This document shows, one piece after another, positions 17,794 to 26,720 of a stretch of DNA of 49,226 nt; within the stretch, counting starts at the first letter, position 1, and each line of letters starts with the position of its first letter. The stretch comes from an uncultured bacterium (GTDB taxonomy: Bacteria; Margulisbacteria; CAYMKA01), in NCBI GenBank assembly GCA_964390935.1, contig CAYMKA010000001.1:1-49226 (forward strand). The letters are read 5' to 3'. The notes below the pieces were generated by a model. It worked only from the letters and a program-made list of their open reading frames with translations. It ran no database searches and was not told the origin of the DNA. Both the position numbers and the translations under genes were made by a program.

Positions 17794-18303
17794 ATGAGAT
17801 CAAAGATTGTTTTAGCCCTTTTAGTTTTAGGAATTACTTTATATTTATCCACTCTAGAGCCGGGCTATTCCGATGAACTGGTAACCACCGCGTCCTCTGT
17901 AGTCTCGTTTCAAAATGTCGACTGGTCAAAATTTTTAGGCGGGCGATTTTCTTTTTTTATCAACCAAATTGGAATGCCTGATCAAATTTATCCCAAGCGT
18001 TACAGCGCTGATGACCGGGAAGATGATGTCGTCATGTATTATCGCGGTGCTGGAGTCGATATGCGGGTTTATGTGTGGGACAACAACATTTATCGATTTT
18101 ATTTTTCAAAAGAACACCGCTTTAATATTTTTCAAGGGGTACGAACCAACATGAACAAAGAACAAATTGAATCAGTGCTGGGACCAGTTAATAAAATTAC
18201 CGAAAAGAATTTATATTTATGGAAATCAGGTCAGCAAAAAATTATTGTTACTTTTGACGACAAAAACATTGCTAAAGAAATTATGTTATCGCTAGAAAGA
18301 TAA
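17794..18303 (+). CDS. Small secreted hypothetical protein, divergent from the EPS operon
   Basis: ATG at 17794 after agagg. Signal-like N-terminus (MRSKIVLALLVLGITLYLS). No family recognised. Confidence 0.55.
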   Translation: MRSKIVLALLVLGITLYLSTLEPGYSDELVTTASSVVSFQNVDWSKFLGGRFSFFINQIGMPDQIYPKRYSADDREDDVVMYYRGAGVDMRVYVWDNNIYRFYFSKEHRFNIFQGVRTNMNKEQIESVLGPVNKITEKNLYLWKSGQQKIIVTFDDKNIAKEIMLSLER

Positions 18304-18310
18304 AAATACA

Positions 18311-18381
18311 GGCCCCTCCCGTCCCCTAAAGGGGATGGTCAGTTTTAAAAACAAATTCCCCCTTTAGGGGGTTAGGGGGCC
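18311..18381. repeat. GC-rich imperfect palindromic element (REP/MITE-like), copy A
   Basis: ggcccctcccgtcccctaaagggga...ttttaaaaac...ccccctttagggggttagggggcc. The left and right halves are reverse complements, each containing a CCCCTAAAGGGG-type core. It lies between convergent gene ends. Confidence 0.7.
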
Positions 18382-18640
18382 TACGCTACTAACTTCTCTA
18401 ACCCTCGCTGTGCCAATAAAAAATTAGGTTTTGCTTTAACGGCTTCTTCATAACATTCCTTGGCTTTCTCTTTCAAAGCTTCTTCAAAATAACAATCGCC
18501 TAAATTCACCCAGGCTAACGCAAATTTAGGATCAAGTTTAATCGCCCGGCGATAGCTGGCCTTAGCATCACCAAAACGTTTCAAACAAAAATAAGTGGTA
18601 CCCAGCATATTTTGAATTTCAGCATCACCTTCCGTCTGCA
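18381..18640 (-). pseudogene. 3' fragment (last ~85 codons) of the TPR/YkgJ cysteine-cluster gene, left at the duplication junction
   Basis: Identical to 28465..28724. The track ORF 18381..18665 reads MISSCEEHLQ (antisense yqeY sequence) fused to TEGDAEIQNML..., the C-terminus of the 367-aa protein. Confidence 0.85.
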
Positions 18641-19006
18641 GATGTTCTTCGCATGATGAAATCAAAAATTATGACGGTAAACACCAAAGGCGTAGACGAA
18701 AAACAATCTTTAAACATTTTAAAAACTTATGTCAAAAATTTAAAAGAAGCAGTCGAGTTAACCCAAAAAGCAGGTAAAACCGATGAAGTGGCTCAACTGC
18801 AATATGAAATTGGAGTGGTCAGTGAATACTTGCCTGCCGAAGCAGATCCTGCAGCCATTGCGAAAGTGGTCGAAGCGGCCATTGCGAAAGTGAACCCTCA
18901 GGGCCCTCAGGATTTTGGAAAAATTATGAAAGAAGTCATGAGTGCAGGACTTAATGCCGACGGAAATGTGATTAAGCAGATAGTGAACGAAAAACTTAAA
19001 AAATAA
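18641..19006 (+). pseudogene. 5'-truncated yqeY copy (codons 22-142), lacking its start and upstream region
   Basis: Identical to 8557..8922. The track ORF 18653..19006 begins at internal Met26 (MMKSKIMTVN...). Confidence 0.85.
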
Positions 19007-20621
19007 AGTTAATCCCTAAATACCCAAACCAGTATCTGTAACCCAAGCTGTCTTCCCGATAATAAAGTGAACCGTCATATTGCGTATGTTGATGAACCCA
19101 ACGACTTTTGAAGAAAAAAGTGCTCGAAGTGGCCTGGCCAATTTCTTCACGATAAGCATACCCTGGACTGACTTTAAAATTTTGAGAAACAGGAATTTCA
19201 TACTCCACCGCAGCTTGATTAGCTTTTAATTTGCGCGGATTCCCAGGTTGATCAATACGCATAAAATAAGAAGAAGGTTGATCAATTTGATAATCATTTG
19301 TTTCAAGGCTTATTTTTAACGGTTTAATAAAAGCTTCTCGCCAACCCAGTCTTGCGGTGCTCTGAACTGATTTATTTTGATCATAATAATTTGCACTCTC
19401 ATAATCATATTCCAATTCAACTTGGTTAAGGGGATACCAGGCCAAAACGGCATTGTTCCAATTAGAGCGGTTAATCTGTTTGTCGGGTTCAAATCGTGAT
19501 CGCAAAATAATGGCAGCATTGTTAAAAAAAGACCAACTGAGCCCGCCTCCATAAATATAATTAATGCCTATGGCCTGATCACTACGCAGGCCTGCATCAA
19601 ATAACAATCGAAAAGAGTCAGTCAGCGGCAAACGATAAGTCAAAATGCTGGTTAAATTCACAGATCGCGGGGTTTGTCCTTGCTGAGCTTCAGAATAAAA
19701 ACTCGAAAACCATTCTACACCCGGGCTTTTAGCTAGTTGTTCATATTGTTTTTGATTTTCCAGTTCTTTTAAATTCATTTCCCAATCCTTTTTTCTGGCC
19801 GGCCAACGTTTTTTAAGCAAATTAAAATACACTTGCGCATTTTCATATTCTTTTAACCACAAGGTCACATTGGCCAACTGCTCTAACAAATTTAAATCCC
19901 CTGGATTAGTTTGATAAGCTTTTAAGAGGGCTTCCTTAGAATTTTGAAAATCATTTTTATTTAAATAAATAGCACTCATTTCTTTAGTAGCCGGGCCAAA
20001 ATATGCACTATTCCGTCTTACCGTTTTTAAAACATCTAGCGCATCGTCATTTTTTTTCTGCCTGAGGTAAGAATAAGCTAAATCCATTTTCACATTATCC
20101 TGATCAGGCTTTACGAGCAGAATTTTTCTAAAAATATTTTGAGCTTTGTCTTCTTCCTTAGCATTTAAATAAATTTGAGCCAGTTCTGTCATGGCCGGCA
20201 CATCCCTGGGATCAGACAAAAGCAAAGATTCTAATTCTGAGAGAGACATTTTTGATTTCTTTGACCACATCAGAATTCGAGCATATTGCAATTGATAATC
20301 TTTATTTTCAGGATCAATCGTTAAAAGTTCTTTTGAATATTTTTCAGCTAATTTCCAATTTTTTAATTTAACGTAAATATCCGTTAATTCTTGTTTAAAG
20401 ACCTCAGCCTTGGGCAAAATTAAAATAAGTTGATTGTATTTTTCAATGGCTTCAGTCTCGCGATTGTTCTTTTTTGCTGAAACTGCTTCGCGGTATAAAT
20501 CCTGAACTTCGGGATCTAAATCATCATAAGAAAAATCTTCTGCTATCAAAGGCTGGGCCAGCCACAAAACACCCAGCACAAGCAGACTAAAACAGAGACT
20601 AGTTTTTACGTTTAAGGGCAT
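18996..20621 (-). CDS. Outer-membrane TPR + beta-barrel polysaccharide exporter (copy 2)
   Basis: Translation identical to 8912..10537. Confidence 0.75.
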   Translation of the reverse strand: MPLNVKTSLCFSLLVLGVLWLAQPLIAEDFSYDDLDPEVQDLYREAVSAKKNNRETEAIEKYNQLILILPKAEVFKQELTDIYVKLKNWKLAEKYSKELLTIDPENKDYQLQYARILMWSKKSKMSLSELESLLLSDPRDVPAMTELAQIYLNAKEEDKAQNIFRKILLVKPDQDNVKMDLAYSYLRQKKNDDALDVLKTVRRNSAYFGPATKEMSAIYLNKNDFQNSKEALLKAYQTNPGDLNLLEQLANVTLWLKEYENAQVYFNLLKKRWPARKKDWEMNLKELENQKQYEQLAKSPGVEWFSSFYSEAQQGQTPRSVNLTSILTYRLPLTDSFRLLFDAGLRSDQAIGINYIYGGGLSWSFFNNAAIILRSRFEPDKQINRSNWNNAVLAWYPLNQVELEYDYESANYYDQNKSVQSTARLGWREAFIKPLKISLETNDYQIDQPSSYFMRIDQPGNPRKLKANQAAVEYEIPVSQNFKVSPGYAYREEIGQATSSTFFFKSRWVHQHTQYDGSLYYREDSLGYRYWFGYLGINFIF

Positions 20622-22692
20622 ATAAAACGCTCATAGCGATCACTGCGAAAATCGTAAAGACCACAAAGAGCACCAGTAAAATTTGAAGTTTAATTTGCAG
20701 ACTGCGCTGACGATCGGTTTGAATTTGACTCTTATCGTAAGAAGCGATGGTATTGATTTTTCCTGATTCGTTAACCACCACCACATTGGCCTCCAAAATA
20801 GCCAGTTGGTTGCGATTAATAATCGTATCCAGTGCTTTGAGCATTAGCTCATCATTGGTTCCTGTCACCACGACAATCGTTTTTAAAAAGTTAAAGGGAG
20901 AAGGAATAAGTTGAACGGTGCCCATTTGATCACGAAAATCATAAGGCAAACCAATTTGGCTGGAATGAATAAAGGGCTTACTGTCATCTAATCGAAATGA
21001 AATCGGTAATTTAGTATTCATTTGCGAAAATAATTTTTGACGCTCTGCCAAACCTATCACAATCAAGTGATTCGTTTTTAAATCTTCTTTGGTAATCTGA
21101 CTGGCTTTTTTAACACTGAACCAGTTTTCATTTTTAGGCATGAGCTGCCCCATGCTCATGCTTAAACGTTCTAAAGCAGTTAAATCGGCTGCTGTAGGCT
21201 GATCAGGCATAACAAAGAGCGGCAAATTTACTTTTTTGCGAAGTAAGTACGGCCCTGGCAAATCACTTAAATAAAAAACATTTTTATCGCGGTGTTTGTA
21301 ATCCAGCCAAGAATCGCCATGAATAATAAACCAGGCTTTGTCGTAGTCTCTGCGGCCGCAATCTAAATTAACTTGCTGTTCAGTATCAAGATAATAACGC
21401 ACGGCGACCTCCAGCAGTTGGCGATCACGCGCCTGCGGAGGAATTTTGACCTTAAAATTCATTTTACGGCCAGGCACTGTTTTTAATTTGGTGGTCCCGG
21501 CATAAATGCCATTAATAAAAACAGTGACTTGCGATTTGGTGGAATCAAGCAAGGGTGACAAGCTAAATTTAAAATTAATGGCGGCACCGTCAAGCAGTTC
21601 CCAGGCGGCGGGGACAGCAAAATAAAAAGTAGTCGTCCCATTAAAACTGCCTCGATTAATCACGTCTTCATAACCGGCTTCTTTAAATGACAATTGATTT
21701 GAAAAAAAGGCTAATAAATCGTAATTAATCACTTTTTTAAAAATCGGAACAAATTGAGCGGTTTGATCTTTAAGTTTAAACAAAAAGTCTGGATGAAATT
21801 GATTGGTCAGAGCATTGCGGGCAGTTTCGAGTTTGTCGCTTTTAATCTGTAAAACAATTCCGTTGGCGTCTATTTTGGGCTGCACAAACTGATACTGCAC
21901 CTGTCCTGCCTCTATATTAAAGGTGGGGCTCATTTGCAGCAGATGAAATTTTTTAGACCAGTCCTTAGGCAATTTTAAAACGGATTGAATCATGCCCGGA
22001 TAAATATCCTTGTCCCAGTGTCCTAATTGTCTGGAAAAATTAGCAGCCATTTCTAGTGTCTGAGAATCTAAATTTTGATAATAAAACATTAAATCTTTAG
22101 TCTTAAACTGATTCATGCGTACTAACGGCTCAGGAAAATAATCTAACTTGGCTTTAAAAGGCTGATAAAAGATCTCTAATTTAGAGGTTTTTTTAACAAC
22201 GTACCAATTTGAAGGGCTGTCTAAATCTTTACATAAATCCTCATTAGCCTGGGCAAAAAATTCAACCCGCAGATAATTAGCTCCAGACTTAATGATTTCT
22301 CCTTTTATTGGCAAGGTCACCCGACCTTCACGGCCAAAGAATTGAGCCAGTGTTAATGTTTTTAAAGGCACTTCATTTAATACAAAAGTGAGATTAGATA
22401 AGTTTTTAAGTAGAGTGTCTGAAAAATAAAAATCAAAAGTTAAATTGGCATTTTGAATATTTTTTACTGACTTAGGAACATAAAAATAAAAAGAGTAAGC
22501 CCCGCGTAGTCCTTTGACTGGAATTTCCTGGTCAGGCGATAAAATAATAGTACTGGTTAAAAATTTAGAAATATCATTTGGCACAGCTTGGATGGCACTA
22601 CCTAAAAGAAGCGTAAAAATAAATATTCCGACACAAAATCTTTTTAACACCGAGAAATGATTATAGGAGCAAATAAAAAGAATCCATAACAA
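20599..22692 (-). CDS. BcsB-like periplasmic synthase subunit (copy 2)
   Basis: Translation identical to 10515..12608. Confidence 0.8.
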   Translation of the reverse strand: MLWILFICSYNHFSVLKRFCVGIFIFTLLLGSAIQAVPNDISKFLTSTIILSPDQEIPVKGLRGAYSFYFYVPKSVKNIQNANLTFDFYFSDTLLKNLSNLTFVLNEVPLKTLTLAQFFGREGRVTLPIKGEIIKSGANYLRVEFFAQANEDLCKDLDSPSNWYVVKKTSKLEIFYQPFKAKLDYFPEPLVRMNQFKTKDLMFYYQNLDSQTLEMAANFSRQLGHWDKDIYPGMIQSVLKLPKDWSKKFHLLQMSPTFNIEAGQVQYQFVQPKIDANGIVLQIKSDKLETARNALTNQFHPDFLFKLKDQTAQFVPIFKKVINYDLLAFFSNQLSFKEAGYEDVINRGSFNGTTTFYFAVPAAWELLDGAAINFKFSLSPLLDSTKSQVTVFINGIYAGTTKLKTVPGRKMNFKVKIPPQARDRQLLEVAVRYYLDTEQQVNLDCGRRDYDKAWFIIHGDSWLDYKHRDKNVFYLSDLPGPYLLRKKVNLPLFVMPDQPTAADLTALERLSMSMGQLMPKNENWFSVKKASQITKEDLKTNHLIVIGLAERQKLFSQMNTKLPISFRLDDSKPFIHSSQIGLPYDFRDQMGTVQLIPSPFNFLKTIVVVTGTNDELMLKALDTIINRNQLAILEANVVVVNESGKINTIASYDKSQIQTDRQRSLQIKLQILLVLFVVFTIFAVIAMSVLYALKRKN

Positions 22693-22710
22693 ATTGCAAC
22701 AATTTAAATA

Positions 22711-23973
22711 CTAGACGTTTGTTGTAGGTTTATTGTTAAAGCGAACGGTTTTGTCCCAATGAAATAAATTTCTTTTTTTCTTTGGTTCGAATAAAGTCAT
22801 TAATCCCAAAACAAGCCAGGCCTGACAATAAGTAAAGTACATCAAAAAAACCGTCAGAATATTTTTAAAACTGAGCTCTTTTTCTTCAAAAGCCAGCGTC
22901 AATAAACTGACCTGAAAAAACATCATAAAAGTAGCAAACCAAATTAAAGTTACCGGCCCTTCGACCGTAATGCGTGCCCATTCCCACTGAAAAATGCCGC
23001 ATAAAAAAATAAAATCAGAAACTAAAATTAAAAAAATAAGGCTGTAATAGGTTGAGAACATATAAAGCATGGTTGAAAAAAGCCTGGGATTGGTTAAACC
23101 CTTCCCTAAGTATTTGTTCACAATATAAAAATTGCCCTTCACCCAGCGGCGGCGCTGCTTAAACCATACTTTCCATTCTTGGGGTTCTTGCTCCCAGGTC
23201 ACAGCCGTAGGACAAAACCAAATGCGATAACCTTTTTCAATTAATCTCAAACTTAGTTCCGTGTCTTCTGTAAGCGACTTTGAATCCCAATCGCCCATTT
23301 CTTTTAAAATCGCTCTTTTAATCACAAAGTTAGTTCCGGACAAAAAAGCAATGCGGTGCAAAAACCATTTGCCGGCTTGATGAGTCCATTGATGGACGAT
23401 AAATTCAATATTAATAAACCGAGTCAACAAATTGACTTCCTTATTAATAGTGCGGACTTTTCCGACCACCGCTGCAATTTTGGGGTCAGACATCGCCGCT
23501 GTCACTAAAATTTCAAGAGACTGAGGTTCAGGATTATTGTCTGCATCATAAATAGCGATTAACTCATGGCTGGCGTGTTTAAGACCATAATTTAAATTGC
23601 TCGATTTGCCACGATGAGCGATTTCAGGAGGAATGTTTAACAGTTTGATTTGTTTATATTTTTTAGAAAACTCAGTCACAATTTCTGCAGTATTATCTTT
23701 GGAGTCATCGTTAATCACAAAAATTTCAAGCTTTTCAGGCGGATAATCTAAATGAACCATGCTTTGCAAAGTATCGCGGATCACCACCCCTTCGTTATAA
23801 GCAGGGATAAAAATCGAAACTCCAGGAAATTGTTTGTTAGCTGTCAACAAATCAATGGTTTCTTCTTGGTTAATATCACGATAAAAAATGGCAACCAAAA
23901 ATAATACTCCGTTATAAATAATCATTAACCAAATTGAAAAAAGCGCAATCAAAAAAAGAGTATTTAAAATCAT
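22711..23973 (-). CDS. Processive GT2 polysaccharide synthase without PilZ (copy 2)
   Basis: Translation identical to 12627..13889, with the same ATGA start/stop overlap. Confidence 0.88.
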   Translation of the reverse strand: MILNTLFLIALFSIWLMIIYNGVLFLVAIFYRDINQEETIDLLTANKQFPGVSIFIPAYNEGVVIRDTLQSMVHLDYPPEKLEIFVINDDSKDNTAEIVTEFSKKYKQIKLLNIPPEIAHRGKSSNLNYGLKHASHELIAIYDADNNPEPQSLEILVTAAMSDPKIAAVVGKVRTINKEVNLLTRFINIEFIVHQWTHQAGKWFLHRIAFLSGTNFVIKRAILKEMGDWDSKSLTEDTELSLRLIEKGYRIWFCPTAVTWEQEPQEWKVWFKQRRRWVKGNFYIVNKYLGKGLTNPRLFSTMLYMFSTYYSLIFLILVSDFIFLCGIFQWEWARITVEGPVTLIWFATFMMFFQVSLLTLAFEEKELSFKNILTVFLMYFTYCQAWLVLGLMTLFEPKKKRNLFHWDKTVRFNNKPTTNV

Positions 23974-25841
23974 AATGTTCTCATTTTCTGCTGACGACGA
24001 TGGCTGATGTATTTCAGAGCAAAAACAATAAAAAGTCCCATGACAAATAAAATATTCGTCACGAAAAAAACCCACATCATGATTCGAAGCACAGAATCAA
24101 ACCAGCTCATTGATTGCTTTCCCAAAAAAGTATCTTTTAACCATGATCCTGTTGAAATCATTTGCACATTGTCTTGAGTCAGCTTCATGACAAAAATACC
24201 TTTTTGAGTCGCTGGGATTTCAAACAAAGTATGGGCCCGTGATGGTTCTTCAATAAAATCAATAATATTTTCATGACCGTCGGGGTTCACCACAAAAGCC
24301 TTCATTTTTTGATAATCGAGTTTCACATTTTGAAGCGGATTAATTTTAAAATGAAAAAATTGCCCGTTCTTTTCAGGGTCATGCATATTCGGAAGTCCCG
24401 AATACAGCACCCAATGCGGAGATTTCACCTGGTTAGGCAAATCACGCATATCCAAAAAATCAAATCCCATTTTTTTAAGACCTTTGATCAGTTCTTCCAG
24501 TTTTTCGGGAGGCATCCAGGGATGAAAAAAGCCGACGGCAATGGCATCGCGAACGACTAACATTTTCTTAGCTTCTGCCAACATTTGTTCGATGGTCAGC
24601 CCCTCTTCCTCACTGTAATAACCCAAATTTTCAGGAATCACAAAACGGCCATAACGGTCTTTAATAAGATAAGGAAAATTTTGTGAGGCTTTGTATGATT
24701 TATCGCTGATCTGTAATCTCTCAACAGCAGTTGAAAAATATTCACCTAAAATTCGATAACTTAACTGTGAGGCCGCATAATGAGGGGTTTCCCAGGCGAG
24801 AGGATAAATTTTGGATTGCATTGTTAATTCCAATGCATCTTCAATTTTTTTTCTAATTTGCTCTTCATTCATCCCAGCAAAGGCTTTGTCTTTTTGCACG
24901 TTCCAAAATTCAAAACCTTCTCCTGTGATATTTTGATTGGCGTGGTTATAACCATGCAAAATGGCTGTCCCGCCTACAGTTTGCAGATAGCGCAGCGCAG
25001 AAACAAAATAAGGCCGCTCTGCCATTGTGAAGAATTGCTTCTGATCCTGATAAACAGGAATAACTGCGAAAGCAAAAGGGACATGATATTTTTTAAATGT
25101 TTTTCCCAAATTTCTTAACATTTCTGGTCTATATTTAGGATGAACATCTTCAATACGAATAAAAGCTTGTTTAGAAGCCGGGTGATATTCTTCCAAAATA
25201 TCATGTAATAAATCTGCAAAAATATAAGAAGAACTACTCATAAAAAGCGGTAAATCACTAATGTACCAAAATTTTTTTTGTTTCACTGCAAAAGGCACTT
25301 GCTCATCATTTCTAAAATGGCTGCCAATCAGTTTAATTTTTTTACGGTCATAGTTTGTGATCATAAAAACATCTTCACCCAAGCGGTCATAAAGCTGGCT
25401 TTGATAATATAATTTTGAAAAACCAAATTCTTGAGGAGCTATTCTGAAACCAAATTTTTGAGGATAAGCATTGATTAGACTTTGTGCACCTGCAAAAACC
25501 CAGCACACTGTTTTTTTATCCATCACGCTCACAATATCGTCATTAAATAATAAATTTGGTTTTTCTTTTGCGTCAGCACCGACATAAAAAATGACATCGT
25601 ATAAATTGACCAGCCCTTTTCGATAATCTTTAAGCGCCAGGGTCGCTGTTTGCACATCAAAGTGAGAAAGTAAATTTTGAAAAGATGCGGGCAAATCATA
25701 AAGAGCGCCGGCCGGATATTCTTGATCGTAGACCACCAATACTTTTTTAAGAGATTGATCACTCCATAAAGCTGCGGTCAGCACACACACACTGAGAGCA
25801 CACCAGAGCCCCAGTTTCAGGTTTTTCAAAAAAATTTTCAT
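23970..25841 (-). CDS. DUF2334-type deacetylase-like protein (copy 2)
   Basis: Translation identical to 13886..15757. Confidence 0.65.
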   Translation of the reverse strand: MKIFLKNLKLGLWCALSVCVLTAALWSDQSLKKVLVVYDQEYPAGALYDLPASFQNLLSHFDVQTATLALKDYRKGLVNLYDVIFYVGADAKEKPNLLFNDDIVSVMDKKTVCWVFAGAQSLINAYPQKFGFRIAPQEFGFSKLYYQSQLYDRLGEDVFMITNYDRKKIKLIGSHFRNDEQVPFAVKQKKFWYISDLPLFMSSSSYIFADLLHDILEEYHPASKQAFIRIEDVHPKYRPEMLRNLGKTFKKYHVPFAFAVIPVYQDQKQFFTMAERPYFVSALRYLQTVGGTAILHGYNHANQNITGEGFEFWNVQKDKAFAGMNEEQIRKKIEDALELTMQSKIYPLAWETPHYAASQLSYRILGEYFSTAVERLQISDKSYKASQNFPYLIKDRYGRFVIPENLGYYSEEEGLTIEQMLAEAKKMLVVRDAIAVGFFHPWMPPEKLEELIKGLKKMGFDFLDMRDLPNQVKSPHWVLYSGLPNMHDPEKNGQFFHFKINPLQNVKLDYQKMKAFVVNPDGHENIIDFIEEPSRAHTLFEIPATQKGIFVMKLTQDNVQMISTGSWLKDTFLGKQSMSWFDSVLRIMMWVFFVTNILFVMGLFIVFALKYISHRRQQKMRTL

Positions 25842-26689
25842 GATTTTTTGACGACTAATTGCTGTTTACCAGCTTGGGTTCTTAAAGTCAGTGCCCGCTT
25901 CGCATCCTGAGGATAAGTAGCCATGCCAATTTTAATTTTGATCCCCAATTTAATATTGGTTTTACCGTATGAAAAATAACTGTTTAATAATTGATGAGCC
26001 ATTAGATAGGCTTTACTTTTTATATCTTCTTCTGCCTGCCCTTCACACAAAACTTCAAAGTGTGTATCTCCTTTACGAGTTAAGGTATCTCCATCCTCTA
26101 CCAAATCCATAATAGTTTTAAAAATTTTTTCACCAGTTAAAAATAAAGCTTTTCCGTTAAACACTCTTTGCACATCAGCATAGTCATCCAAACTTATATT
26201 TAAAACACTGAAATGACTTTTACGGCGCGTTGCTCTTGCCACCGCTTCAGTGAGAGCAGTTTCAAATTGTTTATCACTCACTACTTTGACTTTACGTTCT
26301 CTGGCCATAGCACTAATTTCTTCAGGATGCTTTTTTTGAAGGCGATAATAAAAAATGAGGCCGTCTCCGATCATGCCAAAGAAAACCCCTTCTATCAGAT
26401 ATAAAAACAGCCACAGGCCTTGATTAAATTGAAAATCAAAAAAGCCTGAGCTGGTAATTAATTGAAATAAAAATGTCCCAATAAAAATAAAAATTGCTAT
26501 GAGCGATGAAAATATTCCTAAAATTGATCCCAACAATATGGCCACCAAAGAAACCATCAGGGCTAATAAAATATATAAAAAATATTGAAGATCAAATTGA
26601 AAATAATATAAATAAAAATATCCAGCGCAAAAACCCACGGCTAAGAGAATTAATAAACTAATCCGAATTTGGTTAGCATAATTTGGCAT
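25838..26689 (-). CDS. Membrane-anchored degenerate GGDEF-like protein (copy 2)
   Basis: Translation identical to 15754..16605. Confidence 0.6.
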   Translation of the reverse strand: MPNYANQIRISLLILLAVGFCAGYFYLYYFQFDLQYFLYILLALMVSLVAILLGSILGIFSSLIAIFIFIGTFLFQLITSSGFFDFQFNQGLWLFLYLIEGVFFGMIGDGLIFYYRLQKKHPEEISAMARERKVKVVSDKQFETALTEAVARATRRKSHFSVLNISLDDYADVQRVFNGKALFLTGEKIFKTIMDLVEDGDTLTRKGDTHFEVLCEGQAEEDIKSKAYLMAHQLLNSYFSYGKTNIKLGIKIKIGMATYPQDAKRALTLRTQAGKQQLVVKKS

Positions 26690-26720
26690 AGACCGTCATG
26701 ATCTACCCACCTTCAATGTT

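Larger units (their letters stand above)
8557..18640. repeat. Tandem direct repeat, unit 1 of 2 (10,084 bp)
   Basis: Identical to 18641..28724 at offset 10,084. Every paired ORF translation is identical, and the intergenic stretches compared by eye are identical. Confidence 0.95.
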
